From the NCBI GenBank assembly GCA_964594835.1, contig CAZQNA010000001.1, positions 128,001 through 192,000 on the forward strand: a stretch of 64,000 bases of DNA, written 5' to 3'. Numbering within the stretch: the stretch's first letter is position 1; the number at the start of each line of letters is the position of its first letter. The DNA comes from an uncultured Nitrososphaerota archaeon (GTDB lineage: Archaea; Korarchaeota; Korarchaeia; Korarchaeales; Korarchaeaceae). This document shows, in pieces, positions 35,869 through 44,957 of the stretch. The position numbers and the translations under genes were made by a program. Under the pieces are notes generated by a model, which saw only the letters and a program-made list of their open reading frames with translations, had not been told where the DNA came from and searched no databases.

Positions 35869-36708
35869 TTGTCCCAGCCTCCCGAGGATGTTCCCAGGCC
35901 CATCCAAGAGCACATCGTTGAGCTCCTGGTGAGGCTCAGGAGGGTCCTGTTCGCCGTAATCGGGGCCTCAATAGCCGTGACGGCGATCCCCTCCTCCCTG
36001 ATACTCGGGGGGAATCCGGGGGGCGGGGGGTACACGCCCCTGGTGCTGAGCATATTCTTCTACATGAGGGATCACCTCCTCGAGTCCACCAACCGGTTTG
36101 CCAACAGGTTCGGGGCCCTCCTCGGATCTCAGGAGGTCAACATCAAGCTGATAGCGTACGGATGGCTCGACGGGATAGAGGTGATGATCTACCTCGCCAT
36201 CCTGCTCGGGCTCCTGATCACCTCCCCCTACGTGGGCTACGAGATCTACGCCTACCTCAGGCCCGCCCTCTTCCCGAAGGAGAAGAAGCTCCTGGTGGGG
36301 TTCTCTCTTGCCTTCGCCGTCCTGTTCCTGATGGGCGCCTTCTACGCTTACTACCTCATTGTCCCCGCCACCTTCGCCATCCTGGCCTGGATCAACCTGG
36401 GATCGGGAGTGGAGCTCACGTTCTCCGTCAAGCAGTTCTTCAACTTCGTCCTCCTCGGCATGGTCTCCTCCGGGCTATTCTTCACCTTCCCCCTGGCCGT
36501 CGCCCTGGCGGCGAAGATGGGGTTCATAAGGTCTGAGACTCTCAGGAGGAAGTGGAGGATGGTGTTCTTCATCATCTCAGCGGTCGCGGCGATAATAACG
36601 CCGGACCCGACCCCGGTGAGCATGATCATGCTGACCGTTCCATTCTTCCTCCTCTACGGCTTGGCCACGCTGCTGGCGGCCAGGCTGGAGCCTAAGAGGA
36701 CCCCGTGA
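35869..36708 (+). CDS. tatC: Twin-arginine translocase TatC
   Basis: EHIVEL..RL, Y.RPALFPKEKK, AAIITPDP. Confidence 0.93.
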   Translation: MSQPPEDVPRPIQEHIVELLVRLRRVLFAVIGASIAVTAIPSSLILGGNPGGGGYTPLVLSIFFYMRDHLLESTNRFANRFGALLGSQEVNIKLIAYGWLDGIEVMIYLAILLGLLITSPYVGYEIYAYLRPALFPKEKKLLVGFSLAFAVLFLMGAFYAYYLIVPATFAILAWINLGSGVELTFSVKQFFNFVLLGMVSSGLFFTFPLAVALAAKMGFIRSETLRRKWRMVFFIISAVAAIITPDPTPVSMIMLTVPFFLLYGLATLLAARLEPKRTP

Positions 36709-36982
36709 TCATCTTCCTGACGATCTCCTCCAGCTCCTCGTCGGTCCTGCCCTCCGTGTCTATCCCCAAATCTCTCGCCAGGTCCCTGACGGTCTTCGCT
36801 CCCCCCGCGGAGGGGACCCGGACCCCCTGGGCGGGAGGGGGGGACCTCCCCTGAGAGGCCTCTCTGAACTCCCTCAGAGCCTCCCCAAGGCTCCTCCCGA
36901 GCTCCGGGAGCTTGCCCGGGCCGAAAAGAATCAGGGCGAGTATCATCAGCAGGAGAATCTCCGAGGGGCCCAAGTCGATCAA
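36692..36982 (-). CDS. tatA: Twin-arginine translocase TatA
   Basis: GPSEILLI..LALILFGPGKLPELGRSLG..LREFR. Confidence 0.93.
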   Translation of the reverse strand: MIDLGPSEILLLMILALILFGPGKLPELGRSLGEALREFREASQGRSPPPAQGVRVPSAGGAKTVRDLARDLGIDTEGRTDEELEEIVRKMITGSS

Positions 36983-37103
36983 CGCGATCAGCCCTCCCCT
37001 ACCCCGGGCCGCGTTCGGCCACCGAGTCAGGCACCGACCCCGGCGCACGTTTAAATTTCATCCGAAGCTTGGGAGCCCAACGAACCGAGGAAGTGCGAAC
37101 GAG

Positions 37104-37544
37104 ATGGAGAAGAAGATATCCGATCTCAGGCCCGGGGAGGACGGCGTGGACGTCAAGGGCCGGGTCCTGGAGGTCGGCGAGACGAGAGATGTTGAGACCA
37201 GGTCTGGTTTTAGAACCTTGTCCGAGGCCGTCATCGGCGACGAGACCGGCCGGATAAAGCTCACCCTGTGGGGGGAGCACGCCGGGTCGGTCTCCGAGGG
37301 CCAGGTGATCGAGGTCCAGAACGGCTTCACGACAGCCTTCAGGGGCAAGGTTCAGTTGAACGTCGGGCAGAGGGGCTCGATCAGGGTCCTAGAGGACTCC
37401 GAGGTCGTGCCCGCGGATCAGATCCCGGAGGAGTCCCCCGACGCTCCAGAGGGCTGGCGCCCGAGGAGGAGAGGGGGCAGGGGCTACGGCAGGAGCGGAG
37501 GCTACTATCAGGGCGGAAGCTCCTACCGGAGGCCTCGCTGGTAG
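37104..37544 (+). CDS. ssb: Single OB-fold ssDNA-binding protein (crenarchaeal SSB-like)
   Basis: KKISDLRPG, GDETGRIKLTLWG, G.VQLNVG; Gly/Arg-rich tail. Confidence 0.88.
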   Translation: MEKKISDLRPGEDGVDVKGRVLEVGETRDVETRSGFRTLSEAVIGDETGRIKLTLWGEHAGSVSEGQVIEVQNGFTTAFRGKVQLNVGQRGSIRVLEDSEVVPADQIPEESPDAPEGWRPRRRGGRGYGRSGGYYQGGSSYRRPRW

Positions 37545-37546
37545 GC

Positions 37547-37573
37547 GGGGCCGGGGCCCCCTTCAACTTTTTT
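37547..37573 (+). terminator. Terminator candidate
   Basis: GGGGCC-GG-GGCCCC followed by T6 after the ssb stop. Confidence 0.5.
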
Positions 37574-37682
37574 GGAGGATTGGCGATCCACGCGGGCCCG
37601 CGGCCCGAGGGAGGCCGAACGGCGGCGCGTTGCCCCATAGATAGGGTTTAAATTATTAACAGTATAGTTGGCCGCCTGACGG

Positions 37683-38996
37683 GTGTCAGTTTTGGCTGGC
37701 GAAGAGCTGCCGGTAGCCTTCGATTTCGCCACCTGGACCCGCCTGATACCTGAGTCCGAGATAAGGAGGCTCCTCAGGGTCAAGGTCCGCTACTACTTTG
37801 CCGGAGGCAAGCCGGGGGTCCTCCCGACGGGGGTGTTCCCGCGGCTGCTGGTCGAGCTGGGCTTGGAGGAGATGGACCTCCTGCTGCGCGGCCAGCACAA
37901 GGAGATAATAGAGCACTTCAACTACGGCCCCTCAGAGGGACTGCCGGAGCTGAGGGAGCTCCTGGCGAGGAAGATGCTGAGGGCCAGGGACGGCCTGGAG
38001 ATAGACCCCGAGGAGGGGTGGAGGGAGGTCATCATAACAACGGGATCTCAGCAGGCCCTGTACGCGATCTTGGACTCTCTGATCGATCCGGGCGATGTCA
38101 TCATCACGCAGAGACCCGCCTACCTCGGGTTCGTGAACGTGGCGGCGAAGTTCCAGGCCAGGATAGTCACCGTGCCCGCCGACGCGGACGGGCTCGTCCC
38201 CGAGTACGTGGAGTCCGCCATAAGGCTGGCCGAGAGGGAGCTAGGGTCAAAGCCCAAGCTCATCTACCTCGTCCCCGACTCCGACAACCCGACCGGCACG
38301 ACCATGCCGGAGGCGCGGAGGAGGGAGTTCTTCGACATGGCGGCGAGCATAGGGACCTTCATACTCGAGGACGCCGCCTACAGGGAGATACAGTTCAGGG
38401 GGGAGCCCAACAGGCCCATAAAGTACTTCGACAGGGACAACGAGTACGTCATCTACCAGAGGAGCACCAGCAAGGAGGTTGCGGTGTTCAGGATCGGGTA
38501 CAGCTACATGCCCCCCAAGCTGAGGGAGCAGGTGGTCAAGGCGAAGGGCTACATGGACCTCTGCACCCCCACGCTCATGCAGAAGCTGGCGCTCATGTAC
38601 TACGAGAAGTACTTCGACGAGCACATCCTGAAGGTGAGGGATGGGTACAGGGAGAGGTGCGTGGCCATGGAGGAGTCCATGGACGAGAGCTTCCCGCCCG
38701 GCCACAGGACCACCCCGACCGGCGGGTTCTTCATCTGGTGGTCCTCCGACGAGAGAGACTTCGACTCCGACTGGTTCCTCAACGAGGTTGCCCTCAAGAA
38801 CGACCTCTCCTACGTTCCCGGCTCAGCCTTCTACCCGCCCTTCGGCTACTCCTACGAGCCTGAGACCAACCGCCTGGAGACTCTTAGGCCTAGGAAGCAC
38901 GGGATGAGGCTGGGCTACAGCTACCTGACGCCGGAGGAGATAAGGCAGGGGATCACTAAGCTGGGCAGGCTGCTGGCGTCTCACCTCTCGGGGTGA
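37683..38996 (+). CDS. PLP-dependent aminotransferase class I/II (2-aminoadipate/aromatic type)
   Basis: FAGGKP, YGPSEG.PELR, TTGSQQAL, NPTG.TM, EDAAY, STSK, RIGY, GGFFIW. Confidence 0.92.
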   Translation: MSVLAGEELPVAFDFATWTRLIPESEIRRLLRVKVRYYFAGGKPGVLPTGVFPRLLVELGLEEMDLLLRGQHKEIIEHFNYGPSEGLPELRELLARKMLRARDGLEIDPEEGWREVIITTGSQQALYAILDSLIDPGDVIITQRPAYLGFVNVAAKFQARIVTVPADADGLVPEYVESAIRLAERELGSKPKLIYLVPDSDNPTGTTMPEARRREFFDMAASIGTFILEDAAYREIQFRGEPNRPIKYFDRDNEYVIYQRSTSKEVAVFRIGYSYMPPKLREQVVKAKGYMDLCTPTLMQKLALMYYEKYFDEHILKVRDGYRERCVAMEESMDESFPPGHRTTPTGGFFIWWSSDERDFDSDWFLNEVALKNDLSYVPGSAFYPPFGYSYEPETNRLETLRPRKHGMRLGYSYLTPEEIRQGITKLGRLLASHLSG

Positions 38997-39002
38997 GGGC
39001 TC

Positions 39003-39872
39003 CTGCTGGCCGACGCCGTCGAGGAGGGCATCTACAGGGCGATCAGCAGGGCGGCGGTCAGGCTCCCGGAAGACGTGGAGACCGCCCTCAGGGCCGCTCT
39101 CGACAGGGAAACGTCGCCGATGGCCAGGTCAATCCTGGAGGCCATTCTCAGGAACCTGAGGGCGGCGGAGGAGAGGGGCCTGCCCATCTGTCAGGACACC
39201 GGCACCCCCACCTTCTACCTCGAGGTGGGCGAGGACTTCCCGCTCAGGGCCAGCCTCAGGGAGGCCATCCTGTCGGCGGTCAGGAGGGCCACCGAGGAGG
39301 TTCCCCTCCGGCCGAACGCCGTGAACCCCTGGACCAACCGGAACTCCGGCGACAACACCGGGAGGGGCGTCCCCATCATACACTGGGAGGTCGTCGAGGG
39401 GGACGGACTCATGGTGAGGTACCTGGCCAAGGGGGGAGGCAGCGAGAACGTGTCAGCCCTCTACATGCTCAGCCCCTCCAAGGGAGTGGCCGGAATTGAG
39501 AGGGCCGTCATAGACGCCGCGCTCAGGGCCGGCCCGAAGCCCTGCCCCCCGGTGATAGTCGGGGTCGGGGTGGGGGGCGGGGCGGACGCGGCCCTGGCGG
39601 CTGCCAAGAGGGCCACTATGAGACCCGTCGGCGTCAGAAGTTCTGACCAGGAGGCATCCAAGCTGGAGGAGAGGCTGTTGGATGCGATAAACTCGCTCGG
39701 AATGGGCCCGATGGGTCTCGGAGGAAGGACCTACGCCCTGGACGTCCACGTCGAGTGGCTGCACAGGCACCCGGCGAGCCTCCCGGTAGGCGTCTCCATG
39801 ATATGCTGGGCTGCCAGGAGGGCGACCGTCGAGTTCAGGCCGGACGGATCCTACGAGATCCTCGAGCCGTGA
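39003..39872 (+). CDS. Fe-S hydro-lyase (fumarate hydratase/tartrate dehydratase) alpha subunit
   Basis: PICQDTG, LRPN, KGGGSEN, PCPP..VGVG.GG, GPMGLGG, HPASLPV, CWA.R; CTG start inferred. Confidence 0.92.
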   Translation: MLADAVEEGIYRAISRAAVRLPEDVETALRAALDRETSPMARSILEAILRNLRAAEERGLPICQDTGTPTFYLEVGEDFPLRASLREAILSAVRRATEEVPLRPNAVNPWTNRNSGDNTGRGVPIIHWEVVEGDGLMVRYLAKGGGSENVSALYMLSPSKGVAGIERAVIDAALRAGPKPCPPVIVGVGVGGGADAALAAAKRATMRPVGVRSSDQEASKLEERLLDAINSLGMGPMGLGGRTYALDVHVEWLHRHPASLPVGVSMICWAARRATVEFRPDGSYEILEP

Positions 39873-39888
39873 GAGGAGGGAGTGGGAG

Positions 39889-40479
39889 ATGGTGGAGCAT
39901 CGCCTGAAGACCCCGATATCGGAGGGAGAGGCCCGGAGGCTCAGGGCGGGAGACGTGCTGTACATCTCCGGGATCATAGTCACCGCCAGGGATCAGGCCC
40001 ACAGGAGGGCGCTCGAGCTCGCCCGCAGGGGGGAGGAACTCCCCGTCGACCTCCAGGGCGGCGTGGTGTACCACTGCGGTCCAATAGTCAGGCGAGAGGG
40101 GGAGGAGTGGAGGATCTACGGGTTCGGCCCCACGACCAGCGCCCGCATGGAGGACCTGGAGGCCGAGTTCATCGAGAGGTTCGGCGTCAGGGTCGTGGTG
40201 GGGAAGGGCGGGATGTTCGAGAGGACCACCGAGGCCCTGAGGAGGTTCGGGGCGGTCTACGCCCAGCACCCGGGCGGCGTCAGCGCCCTGGCCGTCTCCA
40301 CGGTTAGGAGGGTGGTTGACGTCCACTGGCTTGACCTCGGCGTCCCCGAGGCCATGTGGGTGGTGGAGGTCGAGGACTTCGGGCCGCTCACGGTCACGAT
40401 AGACTCGACGGGCCGCAACCTCTATCAGGAGGTCCTCGAGGAGGCCAAGAGAAGGGCCGGGCGCCTGACGCTCGGCTGA
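39889..40479 (+). CDS. Fe-S hydro-lyase beta subunit
   Basis: TARDQAH, YHCGP, GPTTSARM, GKGGM, LG.PEA, FGPL.V.ID. Confidence 0.93.
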   Translation: MVEHRLKTPISEGEARRLRAGDVLYISGIIVTARDQAHRRALELARRGEELPVDLQGGVVYHCGPIVRREGEEWRIYGFGPTTSARMEDLEAEFIERFGVRVVVGKGGMFERTTEALRRFGAVYAQHPGGVSALAVSTVRRVVDVHWLDLGVPEAMWVVEVEDFGPLTVTIDSTGRNLYQEVLEEAKRRAGRLTLG

Positions 40480-40494
40480 GGGGGACCCCAGGAG

Positions 40495-41166
40495 ATGATC
40501 GAGACCCTGCTGGAGCGAGCCGTGGAGGCGATAGTGGGCGCCGTCTCGGCCGGCTCGTACCCGGCCGTGGTGGCGCTCATGGCGCTCGAGAGCGCCCTCA
40601 TGCCGGTGCCCAGCGAGGTCGTCATGCCCTTCGCGGGATTCCTCGTGGCCAGGGGGGAGATGACCTTCTGGGGGGCGGTGTCCGCCGGCGTGATCGGGAA
40701 CCTGCTGGGGTCCTCGGCCGCCTACTGCGCCGGGAGGAGGTGGGGGAGGAGGGCAGTCCAGAGGCTCCCCTGGGTCGACGAGGGGCACCTCCAGCTCGCG
40801 GAGGGGTTCTTCCAGAGGAGGGGCGCCCTGGCCCTGCTCCTCGGCAGGATGGCCCCGGTGATCAGGACCGTGATATCGCTCCCCGCGGGCGCGGCCGGGG
40901 TGAGCCCCGCCACGCTCGTCCTCACCACCCTGGCGGGATCGATACCTTGGAACGCGGCCCTGGTGTGGGCGGGAATAATCCTGGAGGAGAACTGGGGGAT
41001 GGTGAGGACACTCCTGGAGCCCGTCTCGATCGCCCTGGTGGTCGCCGTCATCGCATACGTTCTCCTGAAGGTGAGGTCCCTGACCTCGGGGGGTCAGAGT
41101 CCAAGTCCCAGTAGGACCGCCGCCCAGTACACCCCCGCCGCCAGAGTGACGGCCACTAAGAGCTGA
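40495..41166 (+). CDS. DedA family membrane protein
   Basis: LESALMPVPSEVVMPFAG, GR..PVIRT.ISLPAG. Confidence 0.92.
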   Translation: MIETLLERAVEAIVGAVSAGSYPAVVALMALESALMPVPSEVVMPFAGFLVARGEMTFWGAVSAGVIGNLLGSSAAYCAGRRWGRRAVQRLPWVDEGHLQLAEGFFQRRGALALLLGRMAPVIRTVISLPAGAAGVSPATLVLTTLAGSIPWNAALVWAGIILEENWGMVRTLLEPVSIALVVAVIAYVLLKVRSLTSGGQSPSPSRTAAQYTPAARVTATKS

Positions 41167-43238
41167 TAGACGAGCTGCTTGAGGACCAGGCTGGTGAGCC
41201 TCACTTCCTGCTTTATCACGGCCAGGGTGGCCGCGCACGGCGTGTACGCCATGCTGAGGATTGCGAGGGAGAGGGCCTGAGCGGGCGAGAGGCCCAGGGC
41301 GGCGACGGCCTCCAGCGGATCCGCAACGCCCGTGATAGCGGCCAGGGTGGTCAGGACTGCCTCCCTGGCTATGAACCCCGAGATCAGGGCTAGGACGATC
41401 CTCCAGTCCCCTAGGCCTATCGCCGCCGCGATGGGCTCGAGGGCCCGCCCGAAGAGCGCCCCGAGACTGCGGGTGGAGATTTCCGCCCCGGTCACGAATC
41501 CGGATGGGCTGAGGTGCAGGAGCGCCCAGAACGTGAGGTTGGCGGCGAAGATTATGGTTCCGGCCTTTCTCAGGAAGTGGAGCGAGTTTGTCCTCGCGTA
41601 CCACCAGGCGACCTTGATGCTCGGGGTGTGGTACGGCGGGACCTCCAGGAGCAGGTCCGGCGCGGCGGAGGTCCTGAACAGGAGCCTGTTCATCACGAGG
41701 GCCGTCAGGAGGTAGAGAGCTATCTGCGTGACGTAGAGGGCCACAAGCACGGCTGCCTGCCCGGCCGGGGTCTCAGCGATCGAGGCCGCCAGGGCGACGG
41801 TCACGATGAGCCTGGCCTGGCAGGGTATCATGGGCGCGGCCAGCGCGGTGACCACCCTCTCCCTGTCGTCGTCCATGGCCCTCGTGGCCAGGATGGCCGG
41901 GACGTTGCACCCGAACCCGAGGACCGCCGGAAAAACGGCCCTCCCGCTGACGCCGAACCTCCTGAAGAACCTATCCAGGCTCACGGCAATCCTGGACATG
42001 ATACCGCTGTCCTGGAGGACCCCGAGGAGGAGAAAGACCGTGAATACCAGCGGCAGGAAGCTCAGCACGAGGCCGAGCCCGGAGACGACCCCCTCCGCGA
42101 GGAGCGAGGTTAGCCAGTCCGGGGCCCCGGCCGCCGAGAGGGCGGACCCGAGGGCCTCGGCCAGGGAGTCGAAGGCCCCCCCTATCATGGAGACGAGGCT
42201 GTACTCGGCGACGATCTCGGCCGCGCGGTGCAGGCCCATGTGGTCCAGCAGCATGTCCACGGGGCTCCCGGTGTTGAGCGCGAAGACGGCTACGAAGGCC
42301 GAGAAGAGTACCGCCAGAGAGAAGACGGGTCCGACGATCGGGTGGAGGGCTATCCTGTCGAGTCGCTCCGCCAGCCCGAGGGAGGCGAGCCTCGTGACCT
42401 TGACCTTCCCCTCCAGGATCTTGGAGACCAGGGCGTACCTCGCCTGGACCATCAGCTCCTCGGGTGGCGACCTGAGTTCCCTCTCGGCGCGCTCCCTCAC
42501 CCGCAGCGCCCGGTCTAGGAGCTCGGGGTCTGCCTTGGAGAGGGCCTCGAGGACCCCCTCGTCCCCCTCCAGCAGCTTGACGGCCACCCACCTGGTGGGG
42601 TAGCCCGACAGCGCCAGACACCCGCGGACGAGCCTCTCCACCTCGGCCAGGTACGGCTCGAGCGGGCCGTAGTCCACCCTGAGGGGCTTCCTCACCGTCC
42701 TGCCCTCCGCCACGTCGAGCACCCTGTCGAGGAGGACGCCAAGTCCGATCCCCTTCAGCGCCGAGATCCCCACTACCGGCACGCCCAGCTCTCCCTCCAG
42801 CCCGTCCAGGTCCACGTGTATTGCCCTCTTCTGGGCAACGTCCATCATGTTGACGGCCAGAACCACCCTGCCGGTGAGTTCGAGCACCAAGACCGCCATG
42901 TAGAGGGTCCTCTCCAGGGCCGTGGCGTCGGCCAGCACCACCACGACGTCCGGGCTGTGCCTGACGATGAACTCCCCGGTGATCGCCTCAGCCACTTGCT
43001 TCGCCCCGGCGGAGAGGCCGTAGGTCCCCGGGAGATCTACGACCTTGAGCCGAAGTCCGTGGTGTCTCACGTATCCCTGATTGACCGCCACCGTCACGCC
43101 CGGCCAGTTTGCCACGTGCGCCGTCTCCCCGGTCAGGGAGTTGAAGAGGGTGCTCTTTCCCACGTTCGGATTCGCCACGAGGGCGACCACGATCTCTCCT
43201 CTGCCCTCAGACCCACCTTCGATCGAGCTGGATCCCAA
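41094..43238 (-). CDS. feoB: Ferrous iron transporter FeoB
   Basis: NPNVGKST, NWPGVTV, DLPGTY, NMMD, GFGCNVPA, PCQAR, YTPC. Confidence 0.96.
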   Translation of the reverse strand: MGSSSIEGGSEGRGEIVVALVANPNVGKSTLFNSLTGETAHVANWPGVTVAVNQGYVRHHGLRLKVVDLPGTYGLSAGAKQVAEAITGEFIVRHSPDVVVVLADATALERTLYMAVLVLELTGRVVLAVNMMDVAQKRAIHVDLDGLEGELGVPVVGISALKGIGLGVLLDRVLDVAEGRTVRKPLRVDYGPLEPYLAEVERLVRGCLALSGYPTRWVAVKLLEGDEGVLEALSKADPELLDRALRVRERAERELRSPPEELMVQARYALVSKILEGKVKVTRLASLGLAERLDRIALHPIVGPVFSLAVLFSAFVAVFALNTGSPVDMLLDHMGLHRAAEIVAEYSLVSMIGGAFDSLAEALGSALSAAGAPDWLTSLLAEGVVSGLGLVLSFLPLVFTVFLLLGVLQDSGIMSRIAVSLDRFFRRFGVSGRAVFPAVLGFGCNVPAILATRAMDDDRERVVTALAAPMIPCQARLIVTVALAASIAETPAGQAAVLVALYVTQIALYLLTALVMNRLLFRTSAAPDLLLEVPPYHTPSIKVAWWYARTNSLHFLRKAGTIIFAANLTFWALLHLSPSGFVTGAEISTRSLGALFGRALEPIAAAIGLGDWRIVLALISGFIAREAVLTTLAAITGVADPLEAVAALGLSPAQALSLAILSMAYTPCAATLAVIKQEVRLTSLVLKQLVYQLLVAVTLAAGVYWAAVLLGLGL

Positions 43239-43249
43239 GCGGAGCCCCC

Positions 43250-43486
43250 CTAGGCGGGCTGGACGAAGACCTTGGAGGCTATTCCCCGGCCGAGGGAGAG
43301 GGTGACCCCCCGAACGGAGACCAGGAGGGGGCCCGCGGAGTTGAAGAGGACCGTGACCTCGCTGCCGGGCAGGAGGCCCATCTCCATGAGGCGCCTCGTC
43401 AGCCCCCTGCCCGCCCTTATCTCCCTGACTATGCCCCGGGCGCCCGGAGGCAGGCTGGATAGGGGGATCATCGGCCGCGTCGACAA
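43250..43486 (-). CDS. feoA: FeoA
   Basis: RRLMEMGLLPG, GPLLVSVRG..LSLGRG.A.KV. Confidence 0.92.
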   Translation of the reverse strand: MSTRPMIPLSSLPPGARGIVREIRAGRGLTRRLMEMGLLPGSEVTVLFNSAGPLLVSVRGVTLSLGRGIASKVFVQPA

Positions 43487-43578
43487 GCCCTCCACCTCTC
43501 TGAGAGTTTCGGCGGGATACTCGACGGCCTCGAGATAACCCTTGCCCCGGAGCCCCCTCCCCACCCTCAACTCACCGT

Positions 43579-43594
43579 TTTAGGTCAGCCTAAA
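43579..43594. promoter_or_regulatory. DtxR/IdeR/SirR-type operator upstream of feoAB
   Basis: Palindrome TTTAGG-TCAG-CCTAAA immediately downstream (minus strand) of TATAAATA at 43598-43605. Confidence 0.75.
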
Positions 43595-44096
43595 TTGTAT
43601 TTATACTTGCCCCTGGGGCGCCGGGCGGGTCCTGCCCCCGCCTCTCCTCGCACTCCTCCGGGCACTCTCCGGTCTCCACAAACACCTGAAAGTGCTTCAG
43701 GAAGTTGGGCTGATCTCTGGGGCACCTCGATATGAACTCCAGGAAGAGCAGTATCCTCTCGAGAGTCTCAGCGTGTATTCCGTGCTCGAGGTAGCAGGCG
43801 TCCCTCTCAGCCACCTCCTCACTGATCCCGAGGACCTCGACGAAGAACCTCTTGAGGATCCTGTGGCGGTGGGCGATCTCCCTGGCCATCCTGAGCCCGG
43901 TCTCCGTGAGCGAGATCTCCTCCCTCTTCCTGTACTCCACCAGCCCCTTCTCGGCGAGCCTCTCAAGCGCGTCGACCACGCTGGCGGGTCTGACTCCGAG
44001 CTCCCTCGCGAGGTCGCACACCCTGATGGCCCCCTTCCTCTCGACGAGGAAGAGCATCGCCTCCAGGTACTCCTGATCCCTGACCGTCAGATCCAT
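43590..44096 (-). CDS. DtxR/MntR family metal-dependent repressor
   Basis: EYLEAM, LARELGV.PASV, LTE.G, HRILKRFF, ACYLEHGI. Confidence 0.93.
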   Translation of the reverse strand: MDLTVRDQEYLEAMLFLVERKGAIRVCDLARELGVRPASVVDALERLAEKGLVEYRKREEISLTETGLRMAREIAHRHRILKRFFVEVLGISEEVAERDACYLEHGIHAETLERILLFLEFISRCPRDQPNFLKHFQVFVETGECPEECEERRGQDPPGAPGASINTI

Positions 44097-44197
44097 CTGG
44101 GCCGACGACCCCGGCCGTTGGTTGGATAAGGTCTTTTTCCGTTGACGGCCGAGGTCCGATCTTTTAATAGGGCCACCGGGCCCGGGGCCGCGGCTGA

Positions 44198-44866
44198 GTG
44201 AGCGAGATGGACGCCTCAGACCCCGCCCTTCTGGCCTCCAGGGCCACGGCCTACTCGGTCATATCCCTGGCGCTCCAGTACCCGGAGGAGGAGGTCGCGG
44301 AACTCCTGCTCGGGGGATGGGCCAGGGAGGCGCTGTCGAGCTGCCTACCCGGGCTGAGAGAGCTGGGATACGGCTCGGTCGAGGAGTTCGGGAGGCTGGT
44401 TGAAGCCCTCTCCTCCGACTGGGACGCCTCGGACCTGCGGAGGGAGTACACCAGGCTGTTCATCTCCTCCCACCCGAAGCTCCCCTGCCCCCCGTACGAG
44501 TCAGTTTACGTGTCAGGGGAGAGGGAGGTCATGTCTGATCAGGTCTCGGAGGTCCTCGGGATCCTTCGCGGGTGGGGACTCGGGCTCTCGGACAGCTTCA
44601 GGGATCTCCCGGAGCACATAGCCGTCGAGCTCGAGCTGGCGGCCTACCTCCTGGAGCAGATGAAGCTGGCCATACAGGAGGGAGACCCGGATGAGGCCGA
44701 GAGGGCGGAGAGAGACCTCCAAAGGCTGGTCTCCCACCTGACCAGGTGGGTGCCCGAGTTCGCGGACTGCGTCAGGACCGAGTCCAGGGTGGAGTTCTAC
44801 AGGGTGGTCGTATCCTCTATGGAGGCATTTGTTAGGGACGAGTCGGCCTCCCTCGGGGTGGAGTGA
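44198..44866 (+). CDS. TorD/DmsD family molybdoenzyme chaperone
   Basis: EYTRLF, CPPYESVY, PEHIAVELE, HL..WVP.F. Confidence 0.92.
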   Translation: MSEMDASDPALLASRATAYSVISLALQYPEEEVAELLLGGWAREALSSCLPGLRELGYGSVEEFGRLVEALSSDWDASDLRREYTRLFISSHPKLPCPPYESVYVSGEREVMSDQVSEVLGILRGWGLGLSDSFRDLPEHIAVELELAAYLLEQMKLAIQEGDPDEAERAERDLQRLVSHLTRWVPEFADCVRTESRVEFYRVVVSSMEAFVRDESASLGVE

Positions 44867-44910
44867 GCACGGAGAGGAGCGAGGCCGACGAACTGGTGGG
44901 TAGAATTGGG

Positions 44911-44956
44911 GAGAAGAGAAGAAAGAGGGGGAGAAAAGAGAGGGGAGGGGGAGGGG
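44911..44956 (-). terminator. Pyrimidine-rich terminator candidate after the nrfD-family gene
   Basis: Long C/T tract on the minus strand right after the stop. Confidence 0.45.
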
Positions 44957-44957
44957 T

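Noticed and set aside
38994-39005. TGA in frame between the aminotransferase and hydro-lyase alpha (Sec or readthrough fusion)
   Set aside because: The enzymes are unrelated; the TGA is part of an SD motif; a CTG start is simpler.
41094-41166. 73-nt convergent overlap of dedA and feoB
   Set aside because: The dedA tail is low-complexity run-on; such overlaps are common in compact GC-rich archaeal genomes.
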